Part shown: positions 36,801 through 45,064 of the stretch, in pieces | Numbering within the stretch: position 1 is the first letter of the stretch | How the letters are laid out: every line of letters begins with the position of its first letter | DNA from: Clostridia bacterium | GTDB lineage: Bacteria; Bacillota; Clostridia; Christensenellales; DTU072 | DNA length: 62,851 nt | Direction: 5' to 3' | Assembly: GCA_017533005.1 (NCBI GenBank) | Contig: JAFXIQ010000001.1 | Span: 1-62,851 of the forward strand | Position numbers and translations under genes: made by a program | Notes under the pieces: model-generated | What the model saw: the letters and a program-made list of their open reading frames with translations, nothing else | Told to the model about the DNA's origin: nothing | The model's database searches: none

Positions 36801-37525
36801 GCATAAGAAATTTGTTCTGAAGTATTGTTGTCGTAGTTAACTTTGAGAACAAGTCCGGTGGGGTCGAATTTATCGTTACCTTCTGCACTGTCGCCTACGA
36901 AATAAGAAATCTTAACCGGTTTCTCTTGAATTTCTATAGATTTAACGCCTCTCTCTTTTACCGTTACGTAGAAAGAAGCCTTGCAGTTAGAATAAACGAT
37001 TTCAAGTTTATGTCTACCTGGTGCAAGGTCCTTGGTGTAGCCTTCTATGTTATTCATAGTTAAGCCGGTAAATTCGATTGTCTTGTCTTGATAAACAACA
37101 TCCAAAACAATACCGCTCAAAGGAATCTCTTCCGAGCCTTGCATAACGGTAATGTTGTTAGGAATTTTTTTAATTTTTATAGCTTGGATTTCCATATCGC
37201 GAACGTTGACGATAAACGTCGTTTCGCAATTTTGGTATGAAATTTTGACGGTTTGCTTGCCTATGACTTCTTTGTTGTAACCTACTATCATGTCGGGAGT
37301 TACTGTAACTTCTTCTAATCTGCCCGATTCTTTGGTTACAATGAGCTTAACGTCGTCGCCTATTTCTAATTCGCTACCACGATAAACATAAATCTCTTCA
37401 ATATTGTCGATTTGGATTTTTACAACTGGGTCTTGACGGTCAGAAGTAGCGCTACAACCGACTAAACATAGCGTAAAAATAACAAGCAAAAATACTGTCA
37501 AAAAGATGATTCGGTTAAAACGCAT
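33860..37525 (-). CDS. 1221-aa cell-surface lipoprotein, paralogue of the giant protein (Ig-like repeat array + C-terminal MBG/YGX modules)
   Basis: I prefer ATG 37525 (AGGAG SD; MRFNRIIFLTVFLLVIFTLCLVGC-SAT lipobox); the track's 58-aa extension has no SD. About 11 modules follow the same ...TPDMIVGYNKEVIGKQTVKISY...TFIVNV pattern as the giant protein. The C-terminus has KYYGEIDPTFEY...GDD... MBG-type modules. Confidence 0.85.
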   Translation of the reverse strand: MRFNRIIFLTVFLLVIFTLCLVGCSATSDRQDPVVKIQIDNIEEIYVYRGSELEIGDDVKLIVTKESGRLEEVTVTPDMIVGYNKEVIGKQTVKISYQNCETTFIVNVRDMEIQAIKIKKIPNNITVMQGSEEIPLSGIVLDVVYQDKTIEFTGLTMNNIEGYTKDLAPGRHKLEIVYSNCKASFYVTVKERGVKSIEIQEKPVKISYFVGDSAEGNDKFDPTGLVLKVNYDNNTSEQISYAADQGKNIKFEYDFSQVRAAAVVTVTYGGKQTSYTCVVAEPKVVRLDIKTLPVTEGIKLDGVIYSSSIGEIVEGDKIDWSKGIFDAIYDNGYVESNIEMDSTEVYLYYNNVMDAYVAKDFKYETVGNFTIKVKYKNYDQAMGTVNITVREKVPYRLELGCITDKVNKVYKDGNKLTTDFLKYNILYDNGTYLCDVNDVGAWKSLSATELADGSTLNLSVARTDEDGYQTINFNVNGVTAGYRIKVEPNDAKKLVLTAPKVDYLALGAAPTLEGASLYVEYENTNFETINPIPERYVTYKDPNGIAMAGNTFSEVGVWQGIVTYGGKSVTFDVNIVEPEEIVTSIILNVSEGERLEFAQFEDIDFSDYIIEVTNVANVISHVIVTEDMLYEYNPNKIGNQDVVLRYRGKTFVMPIKIVGRRAVAIEIKTAPKSEYVLGIDTKLDVSTLEIIRRYSDGIDSNVSSFDARYWTFSGYDLTQIGEQTVTVTYDYYGNVCTANFSIKVSENVVESISFDEEQLGLYEEDGKKAIPVTYKDDLNTTYIIVDYDDYDNPIYTVGEFYINVKYKGIDTPIKRTLKASYVDYDKNVTHVDGDGRLITLRKARVNYDGKSTEIYVKILDRVLVSIETFQAPDVLIYAEGQALKSDGGIIKRIYSDGTSDVLPMTNGLVLLDGYNKTPFTTAVNVDRVTQTVNVSYNGKSTSFEVTTHKKLNATLNLTNIVSFYGSVTQPIVSVTQVIASFATPDTTVEYYVDGVWTDVLPSIPGTYPLRVTVFANEYYNAGEYVSGENNVKSMTIARKVIDVKVSSYSKYYGEIDPTFEYVIDSSTPLVGDDVLAIKLSREDGEDVRFNTDGTVGSYDILWQTDTSVVNQNERYYINYSVSTAKFTIRQKVIDKNAKGEIVKINWTQPASLNYDGNAKAYSAYFVIDGSNYAIKPQDLIYRNSRNEVLIGAPVERGTYTVEVSANYKIMNDSGKITFSII

Positions 37526-37576
37526 TAGTACACTCCTATGCCTTATAAAACGCAAGCATGCTCGCGCTCGAATATT

Positions 37577-37605
37577 ATTATAAATTAAATAAATATAATA
37601 TGCAA
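37577..37605 (-). promoter_or_regulatory. sigma70-like promoter of the 1221-aa lipoprotein gene
   Basis: On the - strand: TTGCAT (37605-37600), 17 nt, TATAAT (37582-37577). These are the same hexamers as the giant gene's promoter. Confidence 0.45.
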
Positions 37606-37636
37606 TAGGAAATCGAAATTTGTTGTGATTTTTTAC

Positions 37637-37671
37637 AAAAAAATACCGCCCGAACACCATGTTGAGCGGTA
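37637..37671 (-). terminator. rho-independent terminator after the (alpha/alpha)6 GH gene
   Basis: TACCGC...GCGGTA stem with an inner AACA/TGTT helix, followed on the - strand by T7. Confidence 0.5.
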
Positions 37672-37734
37672 AAAAATACTTTTTATTTACTGCGCGCATT
37701 TAATTATGCGCGTTGTCAAGCACGAGCACGCGTT

Positions 37735-39654
37735 TTAGTCGAAGAATTTGCCGTCCGGATAAGACAACACAAACGCACCCATACTGCTCCAAGCTTGCAA
37801 TAGTGAGCCATCTTTATGCGGTGGCGCAAAAAACTCTACAGGGGTGTTATTACCCCTTTCCAAATTGTATTCCCACCACCTTGTCAAAGGATACGCGTAA
37901 TCCATTCCGTGCATAAGTTTAGCATAAGCGTATGCTGACGATAGATAAGGCCAATCTCCACCATTGTGGTAGTAGTATGGATAACTGGACTTCAAAACAA
38001 CATCTGCATTGTTAGCATAGAATGGATAAACGCACAACGTTCCGAAATCCCCTGCTTTCTGCTCAAGGTTGTTTTTACTCTCTAGAATTGCTTCCATTTT
38101 CTTGAGCATACTTATTGATTTTTCCTTATCTGCGATACCGAATAAAACAGCCACGACGGTGTCTATAGATAAATTGTCTTCTACAGCATCTTCGTTAACA
38201 TAGTTTACGTAATAACCAAGTTTGGGATTCCAAAGCAATTTATTTATTGCTTTCTTTACTTTTTCATAGCGAGCGTTATACGACTCCGAAAGCACTACGT
38301 CTATAGTTCTTGTCATCACAGAAAGTGCTTGTAACGCTCTAGCAAAAAGCACTTCGTCATAAGTGCAGTATCCTTTACGGAAAACGTTATCGCACCAGTC
38401 GCGCCTATTGTACTCGCCACCTTTGTATAGAAGTCCCGTATCGTCGGTATATTCCGCGAGTTTTTCTACCACCTTTATCGCTGCGTCAAGAATAGTCTTA
38501 CCACGCCAAGGAAGCGTTAAAATGCTTTCGTCACCGGTTATTCTTACATAGTCGTAAAGCATAATTGCAAAGAACGACGGGCTATCATAGTGATTTCCCC
38601 ACCAATTCTTGAAATTATACTTAACTGCCGACGGACACTTACCGTCCTTATCTATGCCTTTAGCAAGCGTCAGTATCTCGTTTTTAACTAGGTCTGGGCG
38701 ATTAGAAATAACCGAAAGTATCGTCCAATATCCGTCTCTAAAATAAGTTCGTGCGGGAGATTGATATACTATCCCTGCAAGAAAGCCTTTAAAGTCGCCG
38801 ACTTCCTTATACATAGACAACGAACAGTTATATAAATTCTTGTAATATGCTTTCAAAAACTCGGTATCACAAGAAGTCGGAACGGGTAGATTATCTGCAT
38901 ATTCTTGGGCTTTTTCCTTATAAAAATCAAATTTATTAAACAATTCTTCAACGTTTTCTTCGCTGAAATCCCCTCTCGTACCCATACTTACTACCATTCT
39001 TAATTTGCCGTTTTCGCCCGCATTCACAGACTGCATCATTCTATACTGATTACAGTAAAGAGAGGTGCTTTCTAGCCCTTCAGAATGGTTATTAGACATA
39101 GCAACGTCAAAGTAAAAACGCTCTATTAATTCGTTTCTAAAAACGTTAACTTTATCACCTTTTTCTTGCTTTTTATGTCCTTTTAGGTGTGTACAAAGTG
39201 TACCAAATATTAAACGCATAAGGTTTCTTACAGAAAACCTTGCGGAGAAAAAATTCTTCAAATACGACGTCATATTTATCCCCATATTAAACGTGACGTC
39301 AAGCGTAGTATCGGTCTTTGCAATTATTTCGTATTCTTGAAATACGGCGTTGACGTTATTATCAACGAATTGACGTACTACAATTTGAGATTGAGGTAGG
39401 TCTATCTCCGTAGTTTGGATTTTGCCTACCATCGTAACCTTTTTATTGCAATAATAATCGAGATTTTCACCATTCACGGAAATCATCGTATACCAACAAT
39501 CAATAAAATCCCATTTATTAACAACAGCATATTTAGAAAGATTAAATCTGCCGTCGAATTGAGCCGTTAAAAGATTGTTGCTTACGTCGTAAAGAGCATC
39601 TTCATGAAATTTCATTTCACGAACAATAGCACCGTCTTTAAAAGAAATTGGCAT
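37735..39654 (-). CDS. (alpha/alpha)6-barrel glycoside hydrolase superfamily protein (GH63 / amylo-alpha-1,6-glucosidase-like), cytoplasmic
   Basis: 639 aa, no signal peptide. The C-terminal half (YFRDGYWTILSV..., EYNRRDWCDN, NGGDWPYLSSAYAYA, LQAWS) resembles (alpha/alpha)6 GH catalytic domains. The family assignment is from memory only. Confidence 0.5.
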   Translation of the reverse strand: MPISFKDGAIVREMKFHEDALYDVSNNLLTAQFDGRFNLSKYAVVNKWDFIDCWYTMISVNGENLDYYCNKKVTMVGKIQTTEIDLPQSQIVVRQFVDNNVNAVFQEYEIIAKTDTTLDVTFNMGINMTSYLKNFFSARFSVRNLMRLIFGTLCTHLKGHKKQEKGDKVNVFRNELIERFYFDVAMSNNHSEGLESTSLYCNQYRMMQSVNAGENGKLRMVVSMGTRGDFSEENVEELFNKFDFYKEKAQEYADNLPVPTSCDTEFLKAYYKNLYNCSLSMYKEVGDFKGFLAGIVYQSPARTYFRDGYWTILSVISNRPDLVKNEILTLAKGIDKDGKCPSAVKYNFKNWWGNHYDSPSFFAIMLYDYVRITGDESILTLPWRGKTILDAAIKVVEKLAEYTDDTGLLYKGGEYNRRDWCDNVFRKGYCTYDEVLFARALQALSVMTRTIDVVLSESYNARYEKVKKAINKLLWNPKLGYYVNYVNEDAVEDNLSIDTVVAVLFGIADKEKSISMLKKMEAILESKNNLEQKAGDFGTLCVYPFYANNADVVLKSSYPYYYHNGGDWPYLSSAYAYAKLMHGMDYAYPLTRWWEYNLERGNNTPVEFFAPPHKDGSLLQAWSSMGAFVLSYPDGKFFD

Positions 39655-39728
39655 AATTATTTCTCCATTATTAAACCGTACTAACGAGTTATCTAACTTT
39701 TTAAGCGACTTTTTGAGCTTAAAACAAA

Positions 39729-40373
39729 CTAACGTGCGAGTTCTTCTCTTAATTCAAGAGCTTTATCTATCAAATTCGTAGTTACGTTATCTATATCGTA
39801 TTGCAAAAATTCTTTGAGCTTTTCTTCATTATCAATAGTGAAAAGCGATACGCCAAGACCGATTTCTTGAGCTTTCTTCAAAATTTTATCGTTTACACGT
39901 ACGTAACTAACGTTTATACCTTTTACGTTTGGAATTCCAAAACTGTCTAAATACGCTTTAATTTTAGGCATATTTTCAACTGAAATAGGATATTTCAAGC
40001 CGAAAAAGAGCTCGTTCATATATGCAACAGTGTCGCCTAAATCTTTTAAATCGTCAGCGCTAACCGAGCCAGTAAAATATATCTTATCAGTAACTCCGAT
40101 TTCTTCTGCTAGCGCTACTACGTATTTGACGAGTCCCGTTCTCTTAACGTCACAATTAACCTTAAAACCGTACTCTTTGCAGTATTCAAAAACGTATCTC
40201 AATGGAATGCGTCTAGACTTAATCAAAGACGGCATAATGTGGGCGATAACAAGTTCGCCACCTACGCGATGAATATCAACTTCTATGGCTTCCATTTTTC
40301 TTGTTTTCATAGCGTCGAAATACGCGTAAGTATTTCTTCCTGTCTTTTCTGCTCCACCGTGTGCTGTTAACAT
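39729..40373 (-). CDS. glycerophosphodiester phosphodiesterase (GDPD) family protein
   Basis: AHGG... and EAIEVDIHRV...VIAH motifs of the GDPD TIM barrel. I prefer ATG 40373 (AAGGAG 7 nt upstream) to 40379. Confidence 0.7.
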   Translation of the reverse strand: MLTAHGGAEKTGRNTYAYFDAMKTRKMEAIEVDIHRVGGELVIAHIMPSLIKSRRIPLRYVFEYCKEYGFKVNCDVKRTGLVKYVVALAEEIGVTDKIYFTGSVSADDLKDLGDTVAYMNELFFGLKYPISVENMPKIKAYLDSFGIPNVKGINVSYVRVNDKILKKAQEIGLGVSLFTIDNEEKLKEFLQYDIDNVTTNLIDKALELREELAR

Positions 40374-40394
40374 AAGCATTCTCCTTTATATGTG

Positions 40395-41354
40395 TTATTC
40401 GACGTAGAATGGTGTCGATATGAGTAGCGTTCCTTGTTCCCCTTCTACCTTCCCAGTTACTTTTATACGGAAATAGCCTGGGGTTATATCTATTAGTGCA
40501 CCGTATCCACCTGTTGCAATATTCCTTACTATTGGGGCTTCGAGTGCGCTACCTTCTAAAGTAAGCGTTTCCATAGAAACTCCGTATTTATTACAAAAGT
40601 TTACTACCGGTAACAACATAAGTTTAAATAAATAACTACCGGCTTTTACCGTGCTACCAACGTGGTATTCTTTGCCGTCTTTTTTCAAAGACGCTTCCAT
40701 CATCAAACCGAGAGATATATAAGTTCTACCCGATTTTATAGCTTCTATGGCGTTTTTTGTGTTGTTTTCGCCGTCAATTCCTAGATATGTGGCTGCGTAC
40801 GCGCCGTCTTCTACCTTATGGAAATCTCTACCGTAAACGCAAGCAATTTTATTTCCGTGCTCTATAAGTCGTAGGTATTCCCTGTCTGCTAACTCGTTAG
40901 TTCTTTCTTTTTGTGGCGACAGATAACTCCATACTTCGTAGTGGGTTATTCCCGAATAATCGGATATATTAAAATCGTTACTGCCACCAGTGCATATAGG
41001 ATACCCTATTCTATATGGATGCGCAATTCCAATAATATCACCCTCTGCCCTTACCTTTTTAATCACGTCGAGCACGTTAGATGGGTTAACTTCTTGATAA
41101 TTTATTTTCGTATTACCACCAAGCACCGTTAAATGCCCATAAAAAGTCGTCCATTCCACGCCTGGGATTATGTTAAAACTCTTACCTTCACAAGCTTTAA
41201 CGGCTTCTTCCACTCCCGTCACTGCGTTATGGTCAGTAAGCGCTATCCCCGACAAGCCTTGTTTCCTTGCCGTTGCAACGAGCTCTGTAGGACTCATACT
41301 GCCGTCCGAGTGAATGGTATGGGTATGTAGTTCATAAGGATAATATCTAATCAT
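40395..41354 (-). CDS. PHP-domain metal-dependent phosphoesterase
   Basis: YELHTHTIHSDGS...GLSGIALTDHN...GVEW...HP motifs of the PHP superfamily. AAGGTGG SD. Confidence 0.75.
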   Translation of the reverse strand: MIRYYPYELHTHTIHSDGSMSPTELVATARKQGLSGIALTDHNAVTGVEEAVKACEGKSFNIIPGVEWTTFYGHLTVLGGNTKINYQEVNPSNVLDVIKKVRAEGDIIGIAHPYRIGYPICTGGSNDFNISDYSGITHYEVWSYLSPQKERTNELADREYLRLIEHGNKIACVYGRDFHKVEDGAYAATYLGIDGENNTKNAIEAIKSGRTYISLGLMMEASLKKDGKEYHVGSTVKAGSYLFKLMLLPVVNFCNKYGVSMETLTLEGSALEAPIVRNIATGGYGALIDITPGYFRIKVTGKVEGEQGTLLISTPFYVE

Positions 41355-41784
41355 ACCAAACGTCCACCTTAACGTTAACTACGTCCGACAAAACTGCGTG
41401 CGTACTCAATATCACTTTCCACACACCTTTTTTAGGCGTTATTGCGCTAAACCCAACCGACGGATGTGTTGATATTTCATAAGTCGCTCTATTCGCGTGT
41501 CTATGCGCGTTACCAACCATACCATTTGGAGCACTTATTGCTAGCGTTATTAAATTATTAAGCGGCAACTCTTGACGCGCCTTTTCTTCATCTATAACTT
41601 GACCGTATCTTGAGTAGCACTCTTTGATAAGCTCTATTGATTTCTTTTCATCGAAATATATCTTGGGTTCGTATGAATAAGCAATTTTTAGCGACTTTAC
41701 GTCTTCTTTTAATTCAAATTCGTATTCTAAATGCTTATTAACGTCACAAGGCGTCAACGAAACGGTTAAGTCAAGAACTTTCAT
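41347..41784 (-). CDS. hypothetical 145-aa protein (beta-rich), translationally coupled between the GH20 and PHP genes
   Basis: ATG lies 2 nt after the GH20 stop, and the stop overlaps the PHP start by 8 nt. I recognise no motif. Confidence 0.6.
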   Translation of the reverse strand: MKVLDLTVSLTPCDVNKHLEYEFELKEDVKSLKIAYSYEPKIYFDEKKSIELIKECYSRYGQVIDEEKARQELPLNNLITLAISAPNGMVGNAHRHANRATYEISTHPSVGFSAITPKKGVWKVILSTHAVLSDVVNVKVDVWYD

Positions 41785-41786
41785 AA

Positions 41787-43403
41787 TTACTTACGATGTC
41801 TTTTTCTATAAAGCATTGCTCTGTTGTATTCTGCATGCGCATTTTTTGTAACGAATACGTTTTTCATATGGAACGCCTTAAGCTTGTTCTTAACGTTCGT
41901 CATATGCAAAGGACACGAAACTATGTTCATTCTTCTCAAAGTGGGCATGAACTTAACTAGCCTAGCGTAGAAGTCTTTATAGTTTTTGTTTTCTCTTGGT
42001 GACCAAGCTGTTTCTGCAAAAGCTTCTAGTCTAGGATACATTTGGAATTCAAGACGTTCTTTAGTGGGTATCCACTCGCTCCAGAATGTACCTTCTACGC
42101 CTAAAATGCCCGAATTATCACCCGTTAAACCTATCTTCTCGGGCTCAAATTCATAAGTGGTTTTTAGACCATTTTGTGCATAAGTCATATCTAGATAAAA
42201 AGCTTGATGCTTACTTATAATGACGTTTCTTCCTTCTACGAGAGCGTTAGCTACGCGACTGTCGTTAGCGGGTGTCCAATATTGAACTACAACTGAATGC
42301 TCTAAATCTTTCGTTGTCTTTAATATTTCATTCCAACCAATAAGACGTTTGCCCTTTCTCTTTAAGTAAACGGCTATCTTGTTATTCATATAGCCTTGTA
42401 GCTCTTCTTCATTTTTAAGTCCGTTTTCTTGCATTACACGTTGGCAATCAGGACATTTTTTCCATTCAGTCTTGGGAGCTTCGTCGCCACCGATATGGAA
42501 GTACGGAGCTGGGAAAAGTGGTGCTAGCTCATCTATAACGTCGTAAATGAACTGATACGTAGTGTCTTTTCCTGCACAAGCGATAATGTTTTGATGCCCA
42601 CCTTCGCAGTTTCCGTGCATATAAGCAGTTTCTATCTTAACGTTACGGCAACTTAATTCTGGATACGATGCAATAGCAGCTGCAAAATGCGCAGGCATAT
42701 CGATTTCCGGCACAATCATAATATTCAAACGTGCTGCGTAAGCAACGATTTCCTTGATTTCCTTTTGAGTATAAAAACCACCTTGTGGAGTCCAGTCAAC
42801 CGACTTGTTTCCCCAAGCAATATGTTGCGTTCCCCTTCTATTCGAACCAATTTCAGTAAGTTTCGGGTATTTTTTTATTTCTACGCGCCAACCTTCATTG
42901 TCTGTTAAGTGCCAATGTAGAACGTTTAACTTGTGGAAAGCCATCATATCAAGTATGCCTTTAACTACGTCCATACCAAAGAAATAACGTGCTTCGTCTA
43001 GTAGTATTCCTCTGTATTCGTAACGTGGCTCGTCTTCAATATAAATCGCATGCATGTTGAGAACACCGGGTTTCTCAAGAATTTCTGCAAGCATAAGTTG
43101 TCTTAAACTTTGTACCGCGTAAAACGCGCCTGCAATACTTGATGCAGAAATTTTTAGCTCGTTAGTAGTACAATCTATGATATAACCTTCTTTTGCAATA
43201 CTTCTGTCATACAAGAAGCAAACGTTCGCCTTTTTGCTAACTACAATATGTGGCTTGTATCCACAAGTCCTTTCTGTTAGCGATACAAGAAAATCGCGAG
43301 CAAAATTAAGTTGTTCATCTGCATATACGGTGGTATCTGAATTCAATATAAATTCACCGAATCTTTCTTTATAATACTTTGGAATTGGAATGAGATTTAT
43401 CAT
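41787..43403 (-). CDS. GH20 beta-N-acetylhexosaminidase, cytoplasmic
   Basis: HWHLTDNEGWRVEI, catalytic pair in FHIGGDEA, and W...W motifs. No signal peptide. Confidence 0.88.
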   Translation of the reverse strand: MINLIPIPKYYKERFGEFILNSDTTVYADEQLNFARDFLVSLTERTCGYKPHIVVSKKANVCFLYDRSIAKEGYIIDCTTNELKISASSIAGAFYAVQSLRQLMLAEILEKPGVLNMHAIYIEDEPRYEYRGILLDEARYFFGMDVVKGILDMMAFHKLNVLHWHLTDNEGWRVEIKKYPKLTEIGSNRRGTQHIAWGNKSVDWTPQGGFYTQKEIKEIVAYAARLNIMIVPEIDMPAHFAAAIASYPELSCRNVKIETAYMHGNCEGGHQNIIACAGKDTTYQFIYDVIDELAPLFPAPYFHIGGDEAPKTEWKKCPDCQRVMQENGLKNEEELQGYMNNKIAVYLKRKGKRLIGWNEILKTTKDLEHSVVVQYWTPANDSRVANALVEGRNVIISKHQAFYLDMTYAQNGLKTTYEFEPEKIGLTGDNSGILGVEGTFWSEWIPTKERLEFQMYPRLEAFAETAWSPRENKNYKDFYARLVKFMPTLRRMNIVSCPLHMTNVKNKLKAFHMKNVFVTKNAHAEYNRAMLYRKRHRK

Positions 43404-43421
43404 GTTTACTCCTAAATTATA

Positions 43422-44798
43422 TTATTTTCTCTCGGAAAGTTTAACGTAGTTTCTATGTTCTGCAACGGCTTCGTAAGCAGGACGGATGATTTTGCCATTA
43501 TTGGATAGTTCTTCTATTCTATGTGCAGACCAGCCCGCTATACGAGAAATAGCAAATATAGGTGTATAAAGCTCAATTGGTAGCCCAAGTAGCCTGTATA
43601 TGAAACCTGAATAGAAGTCGATGTTTGCACTAACACCTTTGTAAATCTTGCGTTTTTCACCAATAACTTCTGGGGCAAGTGTTTCAATCTTACGATATAG
43701 TCTATATTCGTCTTCCAAGCCTTTTTCTATTGCTAATTGTTTAACGAAACTCTTGAGAATTTTTGCTCTCGGGTCGCTCAAAGAATATACTGCGTGTCCC
43801 ATACCGTAGATAAGTCCACTCTTATCGAAAGCTTTTTTATCCAAAATCTTGCATAGATAGTCTTTAGTTTCCTTATCGCTAGCACCCATGCAGTGCTTTT
43901 TGATGTCTTCCATCATCTTAACAACTTTTACGTTGGCACCACCGTGTCTAGGTCCTTTTAAAGAGCCAAGGCTCGCGGAAACAGCCGAATACGTATCCGT
44001 TCCGGAACTACTTACAACGTGAGTAGTGAAACTAGAGTTGTTACCACCACCGTGTTCAGCGTGCAATACCAAGCATAGGTCTAGAAGTTTGGCTTCTAGT
44101 GGCGAATACTTGCCATCGGGACGAAGCAACAAAAGTATATTTTCTGCAGTACTCTTGCTTGGGTCGGGCTTATGAATAACAAGCGTTCCGTCATCATAAT
44201 AATGCTTATAAACTTGATAGCCGTAAACCGATAAAAGTGGCAATTCCGATATCAACTTAAGACATTGGCGAAGTACGTTCTTTATACTTATATCGTCGGG
44301 ATTATCGTCGTAAGCATAAAGCGTCAATACCGAACGTTGTAGAACGTTCATCATATCAACCGAAGGTCTTTTCATAATAACGTCACGAACAAAGCTCAAT
44401 GGCAACGAACGATAGTTACCTAAAATCTTATTGAATTCGCCTAATTGTTTGGTTGTTGGGAGCTCTCCGAATAGTAACAAATATGTGGTTTCTTCGAAGC
44501 CGAATCTCTTCTCTTTTACAAAGCCTTTTACTATATCGTCAATGAGTATTCCCCTATAGTAAAGTTCGCCTTCACAAGGAATGCGCTCGCCGTTCTCGTT
44601 AACCTTATGACTAATAATGTCAGAAATCTCCGTAAGACCTACGAGAACACCTTGTCCATTGATGTCACGAAGTCCCCTTTTGCATTCAAACTGCTCGTAA
44701 TATTTAGCGTCAATGATAGTACTATCTGCAGCACGACTCGCGAGCTCTTCAATCTTTACTTGCATTTCATTTTCTGTCAATTCAAATTTTTTGTTCAT
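43422..44798 (-). CDS. gltA: citrate (Si)-synthase / 2-methylcitrate synthase family
   Basis: GPRHGGAN, YGMGHAVY...DPRA and NIDFYSG catalytic-site motifs. 458 aa. Confidence 0.88.
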   Translation of the reverse strand: MNKKFELTENEMQVKIEELASRAADSTIIDAKYYEQFECKRGLRDINGQGVLVGLTEISDIISHKVNENGERIPCEGELYYRGILIDDIVKGFVKEKRFGFEETTYLLLFGELPTTKQLGEFNKILGNYRSLPLSFVRDVIMKRPSVDMMNVLQRSVLTLYAYDDNPDDISIKNVLRQCLKLISELPLLSVYGYQVYKHYYDDGTLVIHKPDPSKSTAENILLLLRPDGKYSPLEAKLLDLCLVLHAEHGGGNNSSFTTHVVSSSGTDTYSAVSASLGSLKGPRHGGANVKVVKMMEDIKKHCMGASDKETKDYLCKILDKKAFDKSGLIYGMGHAVYSLSDPRAKILKSFVKQLAIEKGLEDEYRLYRKIETLAPEVIGEKRKIYKGVSANIDFYSGFIYRLLGLPIELYTPIFAISRIAGWSAHRIEELSNNGKIIRPAYEAVAEHRNYVKLSERK

Positions 44799-44837
44799 AA
44801 AACTCCTTAAATACTTGAATTTACTCCATTATGCTTT

Positions 44838-44866
44838 ATTCTATCATAAAACACAACATATGTCAA
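44838..44866 (-). promoter_or_regulatory. near-consensus sigma70 promoter of citrate synthase
   Basis: On the - strand: TTGACA (44866-44861), 17 nt, TAGAAT (44843-44838). Confidence 0.55.
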
Positions 44867-45017
44867 TGAATAAACGTACGCGAACGCGCGCGCGAAATTT
44901 CACGCTCCTTTCTCGATTTACGTTCAATATTTAATTGCACTATTTGGGTTTCTAAATTACAATAACGGGTATCCTTAAATGCTGTATTTGTTGATTATTT
45001 ATTCACATCTTTACAAT

Positions 45018-45046
45018 AAAAAACTCGACGAATTTCGTCGAGTTTT
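45018..45046 (-). terminator. rho-independent terminator after the GLUG/MBG surface-protein gene
   Basis: ACTCGACGA-ATT-TCGTCGAGT (9-bp stem) flanked by A6/T4 runs, 19 nt downstream of the stop. Confidence 0.75.
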
Positions 45047-45064
45047 GATTTGTTTTTCTAGCGA

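Noticed and set aside
37526-37699. 58-codon N-terminal extension of the 1221-aa lipoprotein ORF (and the similar short extensions at 26375-26401 and 50702-50758)
   Set aside because: The extensions have no SD and read through predicted promoter and terminator elements. The internal ATGs are preceded by SDs and begin canonical signal peptides.
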